DNA of 64,000 nucleotides from an uncultured Chitinophagaceae bacterium (lineage in GTDB: Bacteria > Bacteroidota > Bacteroidia > Chitinophagales > Chitinophagaceae), in the NCBI GenBank assembly GCA_963728145.1, contig CAVSJA010000001.1, positions 393,511-457,510 of the forward strand. Reading direction: 5' to 3'. The first letter of the stretch is position 1; each line of letters opens with the position of its first letter. The position numbers were made by a program, and so were the translations under genes. A model generated the notes under the pieces. The model saw only the letters and a list, made by a program, of their open reading frames with translations. It was not told the origin of the DNA and made no database searches. This document shows, piece after piece, positions 1-8,618 of this stretch.

Positions 1-5
1 CCCTG

Positions 6-1169
6 ATGTCAAACATTCTAATTATCGACGACGAAAAGGCGATCCGTAAGACTCTCTCCGAAATTCTTTCTTATGAAGGCTACAAAATTGATGAAGCGGG
101 GGATGGGGAAGAGGGACTGAAGAAATTCAGGGAAAGAAGTTATGATGTAGTGCTCTGCGATATCAAAATGCCAAAGGTTGATGGGATTGAATTCCTGGAT
201 AAAAGCCGCGAAGCCAATCCTGATATACCCGTGATCATGATCTCTGGTCATGGAACCATTGAAACTGCTGTCGAGGCCGTGAAGAAGGGTGCCTACGATT
301 ATATCTCCAAACCGCCCGACTTGAATCGACTTCTTATCACGATCCGCAACGCAATGGATAAGACTAACCTCGTGGCAGAAACGAAAGTTTTGAAGCGTAA
401 GGTTGGCAAAGTGGAAGAAATGATCGGTGAATCCGGACCAATTGTGAAGATCAAAGAAACAATCGATAAGGTAGCTGCAACGGAAGCGAGATTATTGGTT
501 ACGGGTGAAAATGGAGTAGGCAAGGAGTTGGTAGCCCGTTGGGTTCACGAAAAAAGCAATCGTGCCAGCGGCCCATTGATCGAAGTGAACTGTGCAGCCA
601 TTCCAAGCGAGCTGATCGAAAGTGAATTGTTTGGGCACGAAAAAGGATCATTCACTTCAGCAGTCAAACAAAGAATAGGAAAATTTGAATCCGCACACGG
701 GGGTACATTATTCCTGGATGAAATTGGTGATATGAGTCTGAATGCGCAGGCCAAAGTGCTTAGAGCATTGCAGGAAGGCAAGATCACGAGGGTGGGAGGC
801 GATAAGGATATAAACGTGGATGTACGGGTTATTGCAGCAACTAACAAAGACCTCTTGAGAGAAGTAGATGAAAAGAATTTTCGTCTCGACCTATATCACC
901 GCTTAAGCGTGATCATTATTCATGTGCCCTCGCTAAATGATCGACGAGATGATATTCCATTACTGGTTGATAAATTCCTCTCCGATGTTTGTGCTGATTA
1001 CGGCATATCAAAAAAAAGTATCGAAAAAGATGCTATCGAGGCACTGAAGCAACATAACTGGACGGGGAATATTCGCGAATTGAGAAACGTAGTGGAGCGT
1101 TTGATCATTCTCTCCGGGAAAACCATCACGGCTGAGGATGTATTTACGTATGTACTACCAAAGAGATAA
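6..1169 (+). CDS. sigma-54-dependent response regulator (receiver + AAA+ domain, no C-terminal HTH visible)
   Basis: CheY-like N-terminus (ILIIDDE, DVVLCDIKMPKVDG), Walker A GENGVGKE, GAFTGA-type loop GHEKGSFTSA, Walker B LFLDEIGD. ORF stops shortly after NIRELRNVVERL with no Fis-type HTH. Confidence 0.85.
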   Translation: MSNILIIDDEKAIRKTLSEILSYEGYKIDEAGDGEEGLKKFRERSYDVVLCDIKMPKVDGIEFLDKSREANPDIPVIMISGHGTIETAVEAVKKGAYDYISKPPDLNRLLITIRNAMDKTNLVAETKVLKRKVGKVEEMIGESGPIVKIKETIDKVAATEARLLVTGENGVGKELVARWVHEKSNRASGPLIEVNCAAIPSELIESELFGHEKGSFTSAVKQRIGKFESAHGGTLFLDEIGDMSLNAQAKVLRALQEGKITRVGGDKDINVDVRVIAATNKDLLREVDEKNFRLDLYHRLSVIIIHVPSLNDRRDDIPLLVDKFLSDVCADYGISKKSIEKDAIEALKQHNWTGNIRELRNVVERLIILSGKTITAEDVFTYVLPKR

Positions 1170-1416
1170 ATCAATTTAGATCCCTTTCTATTTAAGTGCC
1201 GCTTTTATTTCCTTATCATGGCCTGAGGTCATCAATTCCAGATCCTGAGGGTATGCGCCTTAACACCTGTTAAATCCCCAATATGCAGTTGGAAAAATGG
1301 TTCATTTCTGTAATAAAAGGAGAGTTGTGCCCACTAACAATTCCGGTCATCCCACAGCTGAAGGACGGCAGGGGCGAAAAACCCCTTATTTTAGGAATTT
1401 GTTCTTTCCCGGCTTT

Positions 1417-1446
1417 TTTGGAAACCCGCTTAATATGGTATTTTTG
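1417..1446 (+). promoter_or_regulatory. candidate Bacteroidetes-type promoter for lepB (TTTG -33, TATTTTTG -7)
   Basis: TTTG at 1417-1420 and TAnnTTTG match TATTTTTG at 1439-1446, 18 nt apart, 24 nt upstream of the ATG at 1470. Confidence 0.3.
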
Positions 1447-1469
1447 CCCGAATTATTAAAAGAATATCA

Positions 1470-3062
1470 ATGAGTTCAAACGATCTGTTCATTATCATAC
1501 TTATCGCTTTATTGATCGTTGAGTTGCCCGCACCGGGCTTGTATAAGATGTTTCAAAAAGCCGGCATTCCGTCCTGGAAAGCTTTTGTACCCTTCCTGAA
1601 CACATGGGAAATTGTTAAAGCAACCCAAATTCGCAAACACTGGTTCTTCTGGCAATTCATTCCAATTGTCGGATGGTTTATCAGTATCTGGTTTTTGGTT
1701 GAATTTGTAAAACTGTTTGGAAAGTTCCGGCTTCACCAACATTTTATGGCTGCACTTTTACCCTTTATTTATTTTCCATACCTGGGATTTAGCAAGGATG
1801 AAAGATATCTTGGATTAGAAGTTGTACAAAGACATAAAAAGTCAACCGCAAGAGAATGGATCGATGCAGGAGTATTTGCGGTTGTTGCGGCAACGCTTAT
1901 CCGAACTTTCATATTCGAAGCTTATACTATTCCAACTGGTTCAATGGAAAAGACCCTACTGGTAAATGATTTCCTGTTTGTGAGCAAGTTTAGTTATGGA
2001 CCAAGAATACCAAATACGCCATTGGCAATTCCTTTTGTTCATCATACTCTTCCAGTGCTTAAAACAAAATCTTATTCTGAGGCGATCTATATTCCCTACA
2101 CAAGATGGTTTGCCAGTGCTGTAAAAAGAAATGATGTAGTTGTGTTCAATTTCCCAGCGGGTGATACTCTAACTAAAGAATATGATTCGCAGGATCCCTA
2201 TTACGACATTCTTCAACGGACGCAATTAGGATTAATTGATCAGTTAAGGACCCAGTACCCTGATGAGGGACAACGGAAGTCCGCGGCCGAGGAAATCGCA
2301 AGACAACAGATTTGGGAAACATATACTGTGAAAACGAGACCAGTTGACAAGCGTGAAAATTATATCAAACGATGTGTCGGCATACCGGGCGACACTATCG
2401 AGGTAAGAGAAGGTGAACTGTATGTAAACGGACAACCGGCATTTGTTCCGCCACACTCTGCAACCGATTATGTGGTTACAACCTCGAATCGTTTCCTGAG
2501 TGCAGAGGAGTTAAGAGAATCCGGTTTTATTTTGAAGGAATCAAATCCCGAAACGGGGGAAATGGGTGATTTCAACGGCGGAGGTAATACGTATTATATT
2601 AATCTAACTCCTGAAGAGATTGCAAAGCTTAAGCAGATGCCTGGTATTGCTGATATAAAAAAACTGATTGATAGCACCAACGAGCCAAGGATCTTTCCAC
2701 GAGATCCGAATATTGCAAGATGGACGACAGATCGGTTTGGTCCGCTATGGATACCGAAAAAAGGAGCAAGCATTGAATTGAATGAACGCAATATGGCTTT
2801 TTACAGAAGGGCGATAAAAGTTTATGAGAACAATCAACTGGAAGAAAGAGATGGTAAAATATTCATCAACGGGAAAGAAGCAACAACCTATACTTTTAAG
2901 ATGAATTATTATTGGATGATGGGAGATAACCGTCACCGCTCGCAGGATAGTCGATTCTGGGGATTTGTTCCGGAAGATCATATTGTGGGGGAAGCTGGCA
3001 TGATCTGGATGAGTTGGGATGGGGGAGTGCGGTGGAGTCGAATGTTTAAAATCATCAGATAG
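1470..3062 (+). CDS. lepB: signal peptidase I with extra N-terminal membrane domain
   Basis: Catalytic Ser box GSMEKTL, GDNRHRSQDSRFWGFVP box. First ~100 aa are an additional hydrophobic module (MFQKAGIPSWKAFVPFLNTWEI). Confidence 0.9.
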   Translation: MSSNDLFIIILIALLIVELPAPGLYKMFQKAGIPSWKAFVPFLNTWEIVKATQIRKHWFFWQFIPIVGWFISIWFLVEFVKLFGKFRLHQHFMAALLPFIYFPYLGFSKDERYLGLEVVQRHKKSTAREWIDAGVFAVVAATLIRTFIFEAYTIPTGSMEKTLLVNDFLFVSKFSYGPRIPNTPLAIPFVHHTLPVLKTKSYSEAIYIPYTRWFASAVKRNDVVVFNFPAGDTLTKEYDSQDPYYDILQRTQLGLIDQLRTQYPDEGQRKSAAEEIARQQIWETYTVKTRPVDKRENYIKRCVGIPGDTIEVREGELYVNGQPAFVPPHSATDYVVTTSNRFLSAEELRESGFILKESNPETGEMGDFNGGGNTYYINLTPEEIAKLKQMPGIADIKKLIDSTNEPRIFPRDPNIARWTTDRFGPLWIPKKGASIELNERNMAFYRRAIKVYENNQLEERDGKIFINGKEATTYTFKMNYYWMMGDNRHRSQDSRFWGFVPEDHIVGEAGMIWMSWDGGVRWSRMFKIIR

Positions 3063-3085
3063 GGATTTGAGATTTCAGATTTGCG

Positions 3086-3169
3086 TCCCGATAGATATCG
3101 GGAGCATATTTATGAGTTAACTTGTCCGTATCAACCAAATCTAAAATCTGCTCCCGATTACTATCGGGA
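3086..3169. repeat. pair of TCCCGAT..ATCGGGA palindromes
   Basis: tcccgatagatatcggga (3086-3103) and tcccgattactatcggga (3152-3169). The same core ccgatagctatcgg recurs at 26864-26877. Confidence 0.8.
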
Positions 3170-3187
3170 CTAAAATTTCAAATTGGC

Positions 3188-3676
3188 ATGCGTAAAGGCG
3201 AATTCATTTTTTCATTTGAAGAATACGAAAATATCGATGAGCTCGGGCAAATTGAAGCTGCTTTATTGAAAGTAGCCAGAAAGCTTACCGGGAATGCCTA
3301 TGCGCCTTATTCGCAATTCCTGGTAGGTGCGGTGGCAAGACTGACAAATGGCGAGATAATTACTGGTACCAACCAGGAAAACGCTTCCTTTCCGGTAGGC
3401 TTATGCGCAGAGCGTGCCTTGCTTGCATCTGCAGCTACTTTATTTCCTGATGTTCCAATCGAAATGATGGCGATCAGCTTTCGTAGTTTAAATGGCGAGA
3501 GCAATCATCCAATTTCTCCCTGCGGAATGTGCCGCCAGGCCATGCAGGAATTTGAAGAAAGAACAAACTCTCCAATCCGACTTGTTCTCGGAGGACAGGA
3601 TGGGAAAGTAATCGTGATAGAAAGTTCTTCGATGTTATTGCCCCTTGCATTTACTAGCAGGGAGCTGAAGGGATGA
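3188..3676 (+). CDS. cdd: cytidine deaminase
   Basis: Zinc-binding motifs CAERALL and PCGMCRQAMQEF. ATG at 3188 is preferred over the TTG at 3122 because the upstream part of the ORF runs through a palindromic repeat. Confidence 0.85.
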   Translation: MRKGEFIFSFEEYENIDELGQIEAALLKVARKLTGNAYAPYSQFLVGAVARLTNGEIITGTNQENASFPVGLCAERALLASAATLFPDVPIEMMAISFRSLNGESNHPISPCGMCRQAMQEFEERTNSPIRLVLGGQDGKVIVIESSSMLLPLAFTSRELKG

Positions 3677-3680
3677 ACTA

Positions 3681-3724
3681 TTGGTTGATTGGTTAATTGG
3701 TTGATTGGTTGACTAGTTGATTTG
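3681..3724. repeat. tandem octamer array (TTGGTTGA)n
   Basis: ttggttga ttggttaa ttggttga ttggttga ctagttga read directly. A related copy lies at 30151-30176. Confidence 0.85.
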
Positions 3725-3773
3725 TAAAAGCTAGTATTTAATTAGACGGCTCCGGTTTCTATATTCTCTTCCT

Positions 3774-3837
3774 CTGTTCTTCTGTTCCTCTGTTCTTCTG
3801 TTCTTCTGTTCTTCTGTTCCTCTGTTCCTCTGTTCAA
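3774..3837. repeat. tandem octamer array (CTGTTCYT)x8
   Basis: Eight consecutive 8-nt units ctgttctt/ctgttcct between convergent cdd and the quinone oxidoreductase gene. Confidence 0.9.
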
Positions 3838-3850
3838 TCTCTCCAAATCT

Positions 3851-4843
3851 TCAAAGTTTTACAACAATCCGGCCCATGGTCTTTCCCATCAATATTGCAT
3901 CGATATATGTAGAATTCAATTCTTCGAGTGACACTTCTTTTGCGATAGCATTCAGCTTTTCTTTTATATTCCATCCATTGGATAATTTTTCCCAGATTGA
4001 AATCCTTGTTTCTAATGGTGTTTCGGCCGATCCAATACCAAGTAAACTGACTCCGTTCAGGATAAATGGATAGACTGTGGTTTCAAACCGGGGTGAACTT
4101 ACCAGGCCGGTACTAACAACCGATCCATCCAACGCGCAGCCTTTCAGTAAGGTGGAAAGAATATTCCCTCCAACAGTATCAATTGCGCCGCCCCATTGCG
4201 TACGAAGCAAGGCTTTGCCCGATGTATCGTGAACAAAATCGCGGCCTTTGATCTGTGTTGCGCCAAGATGTTGCAGGTATTCAGTTGCATTTTCCTTGCC
4301 TGTAACGGCAATCACTTCATATCCTGCTTTGCTAAGAAGGGCAACGGATAAACTTCCGACGCCACCCGTGGAGCCCGTGACGACAATCGGTCCTTTGTCT
4401 GGATTTTGACCGAGACATTCCATTTTCCATAATGCACATGCTGCTGTGAAACCTGCAGTACCGATTATCATACACTCTTTTAATGTATACGGCATCGGCT
4501 TTTTTACGATCCAGCCTGCTGGAATTCGAATGTATTCACCAAAACCTCCATCTGTATTCATTCCAAGGTCATAACCAGTAACCAACACCTCATCTCCGGT
4601 AGAAAATGCTTCGTGCCGGCTTAATTCAACCAGGCCTGCTGCATCAACACCGGGAGTATGCGGAAATTTTTTTGTGATGCCTTTATTACCGGTGGCAGAT
4701 AACGCATCCTTGTAATTGAGTGCGGAATATTGCACTTTGATCAATACTTCCCCTTGCGGTAGATCATCAATATCCCTGTCGATAATTGCCCTTTCGAAAT
4801 GTCCTTTTTTGGGTTCGGTTACCTGGAGCGCTTTAAATGCCAT
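3851..4843 (-). CDS. YhdH/YhfP-family NADPH:quinone oxidoreductase (AcuI-like)
   Basis: MDR-family N-terminus VLIKVQYSALNYKDALSATGN, PHTPGVDAAG, nucleotide-binding VVTGSTGGVGS. Confidence 0.8.
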   Translation of the reverse strand: MAFKALQVTEPKKGHFERAIIDRDIDDLPQGEVLIKVQYSALNYKDALSATGNKGITKKFPHTPGVDAAGLVELSRHEAFSTGDEVLVTGYDLGMNTDGGFGEYIRIPAGWIVKKPMPYTLKECMIIGTAGFTAACALWKMECLGQNPDKGPIVVTGSTGGVGSLSVALLSKAGYEVIAVTGKENATEYLQHLGATQIKGRDFVHDTSGKALLRTQWGGAIDTVGGNILSTLLKGCALDGSVVSTGLVSSPRFETTVYPFILNGVSLLGIGSAETPLETRISIWEKLSNGWNIKEKLNAIAKEVSLEELNSTYIDAILMGKTMGRIVVKL

Positions 4844-4876
4844 TTACTGTTCCCTGCTTTTTATTTGTTATAAAGA

Positions 4877-5512
4877 TCAGTTCAATTTTTGTGAGCTGAT
4901 CCCTGAATAAAGTTCACGATAGATCGAATAATTCTCTTCATCAAAACAACAAAAAATTATTTCTTCAAGTTCGGGATATTGAATGAAATAATCCATCACC
5001 GTCCTCAATGCAATCCCTGCTGCTTTATCTTTTGGAAATCCGTACACACCTGTGCTGATATTTGGGAATGCAATGGTTTTGACTTTGTTTTCCTTCGCCA
5101 AATTCAATGAATTGCGATAAGCATTGGCCAAAAGCTCTTCTTCCTTTTTATCCCCGCGCAAGCGGGGACCTCGCAAGCGTGGACTTTCCGACCAAACTGG
5201 TCCCACCGTATGAATCACAAATTTTGAAGGCAAATTGCCTGCAGTCGTTATTACCGCTTCACCGGTCTTGCAGCCGCCCTGCCTGGCAACAATTTTTCTG
5301 CATTCTGCAAGTATTGCGGGGCCGCCTGCCCGATGAATCGCCCCATCAACTCCGCCACCACCAAGCAGGCCGGTGTTGGCCGCGTTAACTATGGCATCCA
5401 CCTTCAATCTTGTTATATCTGCCTGAATTATCGTGATTTTTGGCGGCACGGGTGCTGGGGATTTACAGTACAAGTTAAAAAAACATGCCAAAGAGCAATA
5501 GGCAATGGGCAA
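4877..5512 (-). CDS. macro domain protein (O-acetyl-ADP-ribose deacetylase-like)
   Basis: [23 protein letters not shown] and [12 protein letters not shown] motifs. The real start may be the in-frame GTG at 5449, since the annotated N-terminus runs into a repeat hairpin. Confidence 0.85.
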   Translation of the reverse strand: MPIAYCSLACFFNLYCKSPAPVPPKITIIQADITRLKVDAIVNAANTGLLGGGGVDGAIHRAGGPAILAECRKIVARQGGCKTGEAVITTAGNLPSKFVIHTVGPVWSESPRLRGPRLRGDKKEEELLANAYRNSLNLAKENKVKTIAFPNISTGVYGFPKDKAAGIALRTVMDYFIQYPELEEIIFCCFDEENYSIYRELYSGISSQKLN

Positions 5513-5582
5513 TAGGCAATTGGCAAACTAAATTAACTTTTGAATTTTCCGTTGCCAATTGCCAATTGCCCATTGCCTATTG
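5495..5582. repeat. heptamer-word hairpin (GGCAATN)n inverted repeat
   Basis: Left arm gcaataggcaatgggcaataggcaattggcaa (5495-5526) is nearly complementary to the right arm ttgccaattgccaattgcccattgcctattg (5552-5582). It abuts the ogt stop codon. Confidence 0.85.
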
Positions 5583-6086
5583 TTAAAACAGAGTCTGTAC
5601 ACCATTCGCAATCTTATTCTCATGATCCAACAACCATTTCTTTCTCCATAATCCGCCTCCATAACCAACAAGATCATTTCGGGATCCGATTACGCGGTGG
5701 CAGGGAACGATAATGGCAACATGATTTCTTCCATTAGCCGAAGCCGCGGCGCGGATTGCTTTGGTATCTCCAAGACGCCGCGATAATTCGAGATAACTTA
5801 TCGTTTTACCATAAGGTATATTCATTAATTCATACCAGACCTTCATCTGAAATTCACTTCCTTCCTGATGTACCGGTAAATCAAAAAACCTTCGTTCACC
5901 ATGAAAATACTGGATCAATTGTTCAATCGCGTGAATCGCCATTGGTGGTAGTTGCCTTTTCTTTCCTTCTGGTGGAGGCTTTTGAACATTATCGACAAAA
6001 CTAACTTCACTGATATATTGATCCGTACCGGAAATCTTTACCAGTCCAACCGGGGATTGGTAGTATGTAGAATAGTGCTCGGGCAT
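5583..6086 (-). CDS. ogt: methylated-DNA--protein-cysteine methyltransferase
   Basis: Active-site PCHRVIG, upstream IPYGKTISY helix-turn-helix region. Confidence 0.9.
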   Translation of the reverse strand: MPEHYSTYYQSPVGLVKISGTDQYISEVSFVDNVQKPPPEGKKRQLPPMAIHAIEQLIQYFHGERRFFDLPVHQEGSEFQMKVWYELMNIPYGKTISYLELSRRLGDTKAIRAAASANGRNHVAIIVPCHRVIGSRNDLVGYGGGLWRKKWLLDHENKIANGVQTLF

Positions 6087-6136
6087 TGTTTGCGGGGGTT
6101 CTTTAAAGTTAAGGCTTCCAAGCGATATCGAATACA

Positions 6137-6276
6137 GATCGGAAGAACAGCGGAACAGATGAACAGCGGAACAGAAGAACCGAAGAATATATTAATCTGA
6201 CAGTAGGAGTTTCTGCATTCTACTGATCTGATGTTCCGCTGTTCCACTGTTCATCTGTTCCGCTGTTCATCCGATC
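6137..6276. repeat. GAACAG/CTGTTC octamer-word inverted repeat
   Basis: Left arm 6137-6180 (gatcggaagaacagcggaacagatgaacagcggaacagaagaac) pairs with right arm 6230-6276. Spacer contains ttctactgatct. Confidence 0.85.
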
Positions 6277-6292
6277 AATGCACTCAGCATCT

Positions 6293-6646
6293 TTATCCTA
6301 TCTTCCATCCATTCTCCACCGCCCTTTCCGGTTGAAGTAATATCACTTCTCCTATACCCGTATAAACACCAAGTACAAGACATTCGCTGAAGAAATTCGC
6401 AATTTGTTTTGACGGAAAATTTACAATCGCAATTACTTGTTTTCCTATTAATTCATCTTTTTTGTAAACTGTCGTTAGCTGTGCCGATGAATTCTTAAAT
6501 CCAAGTTCTCCAAAATCAATTTTTAATTGATAGGATGGCTTTCTGGCTTTAGGAAATTCGTTAACTTCCGTGATGGTTCCGACCCGGATATCTATTTTTT
6601 CAAAATCGTCCCAGGAGATGAGGCTCATGCAGTTTAATTTCATCAA
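6293..6646 (-). CDS. tRNA-binding domain protein (CsaA/YgjH-like)
   Basis: OB-fold tRNA-binding signature DFEKIDIRVGTITEV ... GKQVIAIVNFPSKQI. Confidence 0.75.
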   Translation of the reverse strand: MMKLNCMSLISWDDFEKIDIRVGTITEVNEFPKARKPSYQLKIDFGELGFKNSSAQLTTVYKKDELIGKQVIAIVNFPSKQIANFFSECLVLGVYTGIGEVILLQPERAVENGWKIG

Positions 6647-6664
6647 AAATAAATTACACTTCTC

Positions 6665-7075
6665 ATGAAAAGTACAGCGACAGCTAATTGGAAAGGATCA
6701 GGAAAAGAAGGAAAAGGAATCTTATCATCAAAAACCAAAGTGCTTAACCAAATACCCTATGATTATCGTTCGCGATTTGAGGATGGAACCAATACCAATC
6801 CCGAGGAATTGATCGCCGCAGCACATGCAGGCTGTTATTCGATGAAACTAAGTTTTATTTTGGGTGCAGCCGGATTTACACCTGATTCAATTGATACGAC
6901 TGCAACGGTAACGCTGGAAGCAGGAGTGATAAAAAGTTCTCATTTAGAAGTGAAAGCAACAGTACCTGGCATTAGCCCGGAAAAATTCAGGGAATCTACA
7001 GAAGATGCCAAGGCAAATTGTCCAGTAAGCAAAGCGCTGAATATAGAAATTACTTTGGAAGCCAAGTTATTGTGA
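6665..7075 (+). CDS. osmC: OsmC family peroxiredoxin
   Basis: OsmC-type paired cysteines in AAHAGCYSM and KANCPVSKAL, ~136 aa. Confidence 0.8.
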   Translation: MKSTATANWKGSGKEGKGILSSKTKVLNQIPYDYRSRFEDGTNTNPEELIAAAHAGCYSMKLSFILGAAGFTPDSIDTTATVTLEAGVIKSSHLEVKATVPGISPEKFRESTEDAKANCPVSKALNIEITLEAKLL

Positions 7076-7098
7076 ACTTTGACTAAAAATTAAATGAA

Positions 7099-8523
7099 AT
7101 GCAAGCCAACAAGAAGAATGTGAGCCGAAGGAATTTTATAAGGAATACTTCGCTCGTTGCCGGAGGCTTCTTCATCGTACCCCGGCATGTTTTGGGTAGA
7201 GGATTTATTCCTCCAAGCGATAAACTGAATATAGCTGCGATCGGTGTGGGTGGTAAAGGAGATGTCAATATAGATTTGGCCTGGAACAAGGGCGCAGAAA
7301 ATATCGTCGCGCTTTGTGATGTTGACGATAGAATGGCAGTAAGCAATCGAAAGAAGTTTGAAAAAGCTCCCTATTACAGGGACTTCCGTGAAATGTTGGA
7401 TAAACAGGGCAAGGAGATCGATGCAGTAATTGTAAGTACACCGGATCATATGCACGCTGTACAGGCATTGCCTTGCATTGAATTGGGCAAACATGTGTAT
7501 GTTGAAAAGCCTCTCACGCATGATATCAGCGAGGCAAGGACATTGACTGAAGCTGCGCGACGCTTCAAGGTGGTTACGCAAATGGGAAATCAGGGAAGCA
7601 GTGGTGATGCTACAAGAAAAGTTGAGACCTGGATACAGGATGGAATTATTGGTGATGTAACGACGGTGCATGTTTGGACGAATCGTCCAACCTGGCCGCA
7701 AGGTATTCCCACACCAAAAGGCAAATTCGATATACCTAAAGAACTCGATTGGGATCTTTGGTTAGGTACAGCGCCGTTTCGTGAATATAATCCGACTTAT
7801 GTTCCTGCGATCTGGAGAGGTTGGGTAGATTTTGGAACTGGATCATTGGGTGATATGGGTTGTCATTTTATCGATGTGCCTTTCCGTGCATTGAAACTGG
7901 GCTATCCTGATGCTGTGGAATGTTCAGTTACCCGCCAGTACACTGGTTTTTTCCAGGAAGTTTTTTATACCGATAGTTATCCCACATCATCCAAAATACA
8001 TATTCAATTTCCTGCAAGAGGCAAGATGCCCGCAGTGGAGATGATATGGTACGATGGGGGGATCACTCCAAAACGGCCACCTGAATTATTGCCAGAGGAA
8101 CAACTCGGCGAATGGGATGGTGGTATCATTTTCGAAGGAACAAAAGGCAAGTTGATGGCAGGATTATTTGGCAGAAATCCAACACTATTACCTACCAAAA
8201 AGATGAAGGAAGTAAAATTACCTGCACCAAAACAAGCACTGGTTCCCCGCGGTTGGGACGGTCATCAGACTCAATGGACAGAAGCATGTAAGAAAGGCTT
8301 TGGCACATTCACCAGTTCAAATTTTGATATTGCAGGTCCGTTGACGGAAACCGTATTGATGGGAAATCTCGCTGTAAGAAGTTTCTACCATAAAGAAGGC
8401 GATAAATTCCCGGGCAGAAAAAAATTATTATGGGATGGGAAGAATATGCGGATCACTAATTTTGAACCTGCCAATCAATTTGTTAAACGACAATATCGGG
8501 GTAACTGGAAGCTTGCATTTTAA
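7099..8523 (+). CDS. TAT-exported Gfo/Idh/MocA family oxidoreductase (paralog 1)
   Basis: Twin-arginine leader SRRNFIRNTSLVAGGFF, Rossmann IAAIGVGGKG, STPDHMH, EKPLTH motif. Confidence 0.85.
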   Translation: MQANKKNVSRRNFIRNTSLVAGGFFIVPRHVLGRGFIPPSDKLNIAAIGVGGKGDVNIDLAWNKGAENIVALCDVDDRMAVSNRKKFEKAPYYRDFREMLDKQGKEIDAVIVSTPDHMHAVQALPCIELGKHVYVEKPLTHDISEARTLTEAARRFKVVTQMGNQGSSGDATRKVETWIQDGIIGDVTTVHVWTNRPTWPQGIPTPKGKFDIPKELDWDLWLGTAPFREYNPTYVPAIWRGWVDFGTGSLGDMGCHFIDVPFRALKLGYPDAVECSVTRQYTGFFQEVFYTDSYPTSSKIHIQFPARGKMPAVEMIWYDGGITPKRPPELLPEEQLGEWDGGIIFEGTKGKLMAGLFGRNPTLLPTKKMKEVKLPAPKQALVPRGWDGHQTQWTEACKKGFGTFTSSNFDIAGPLTETVLMGNLAVRSFYHKEGDKFPGRKKLLWDGKNMRITNFEPANQFVKRQYRGNWKLAF

Positions 8524-8618
8524 TTTCTTACCATTCAAGGAAAATTCGGTTTATTGTTTACAAATCCTGTTGTAAATTTTGCAGTCTTTTATTCAATCAT
8601 CATAAGCTCAAAAACTAA

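Noticed and set aside
1170-1469. 300-nt spacer before lepB as a possible structured RNA (SRP RNA or riboswitch)
   Set aside because: I saw only a short GGGG-N7-CCCC hairpin with a weak T-run (about 1371-1392). There is no SRP domain IV motif (GGAAGCAGCC-like with a GNAR loop) and no known riboswitch core that I could recognise.
3774-3837. CRISPR array (applies to all the short tandem arrays)
   Set aside because: The units are 7-9 nt with no unique spacers between them, and no cas genes or leader are present. The period is far below the CRISPR repeat-plus-spacer length.
7090-7701. 203-aa minus-strand ORF, plus similar shadows (9172..9723, 27293..27915, 53567..54010, 42653..43039, 55077..55490)
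   Set aside because: All lie antisense to, or in alternative frames of, well-supported genes with clear motifs. They have low-complexity or odd composition and no independent motifs.
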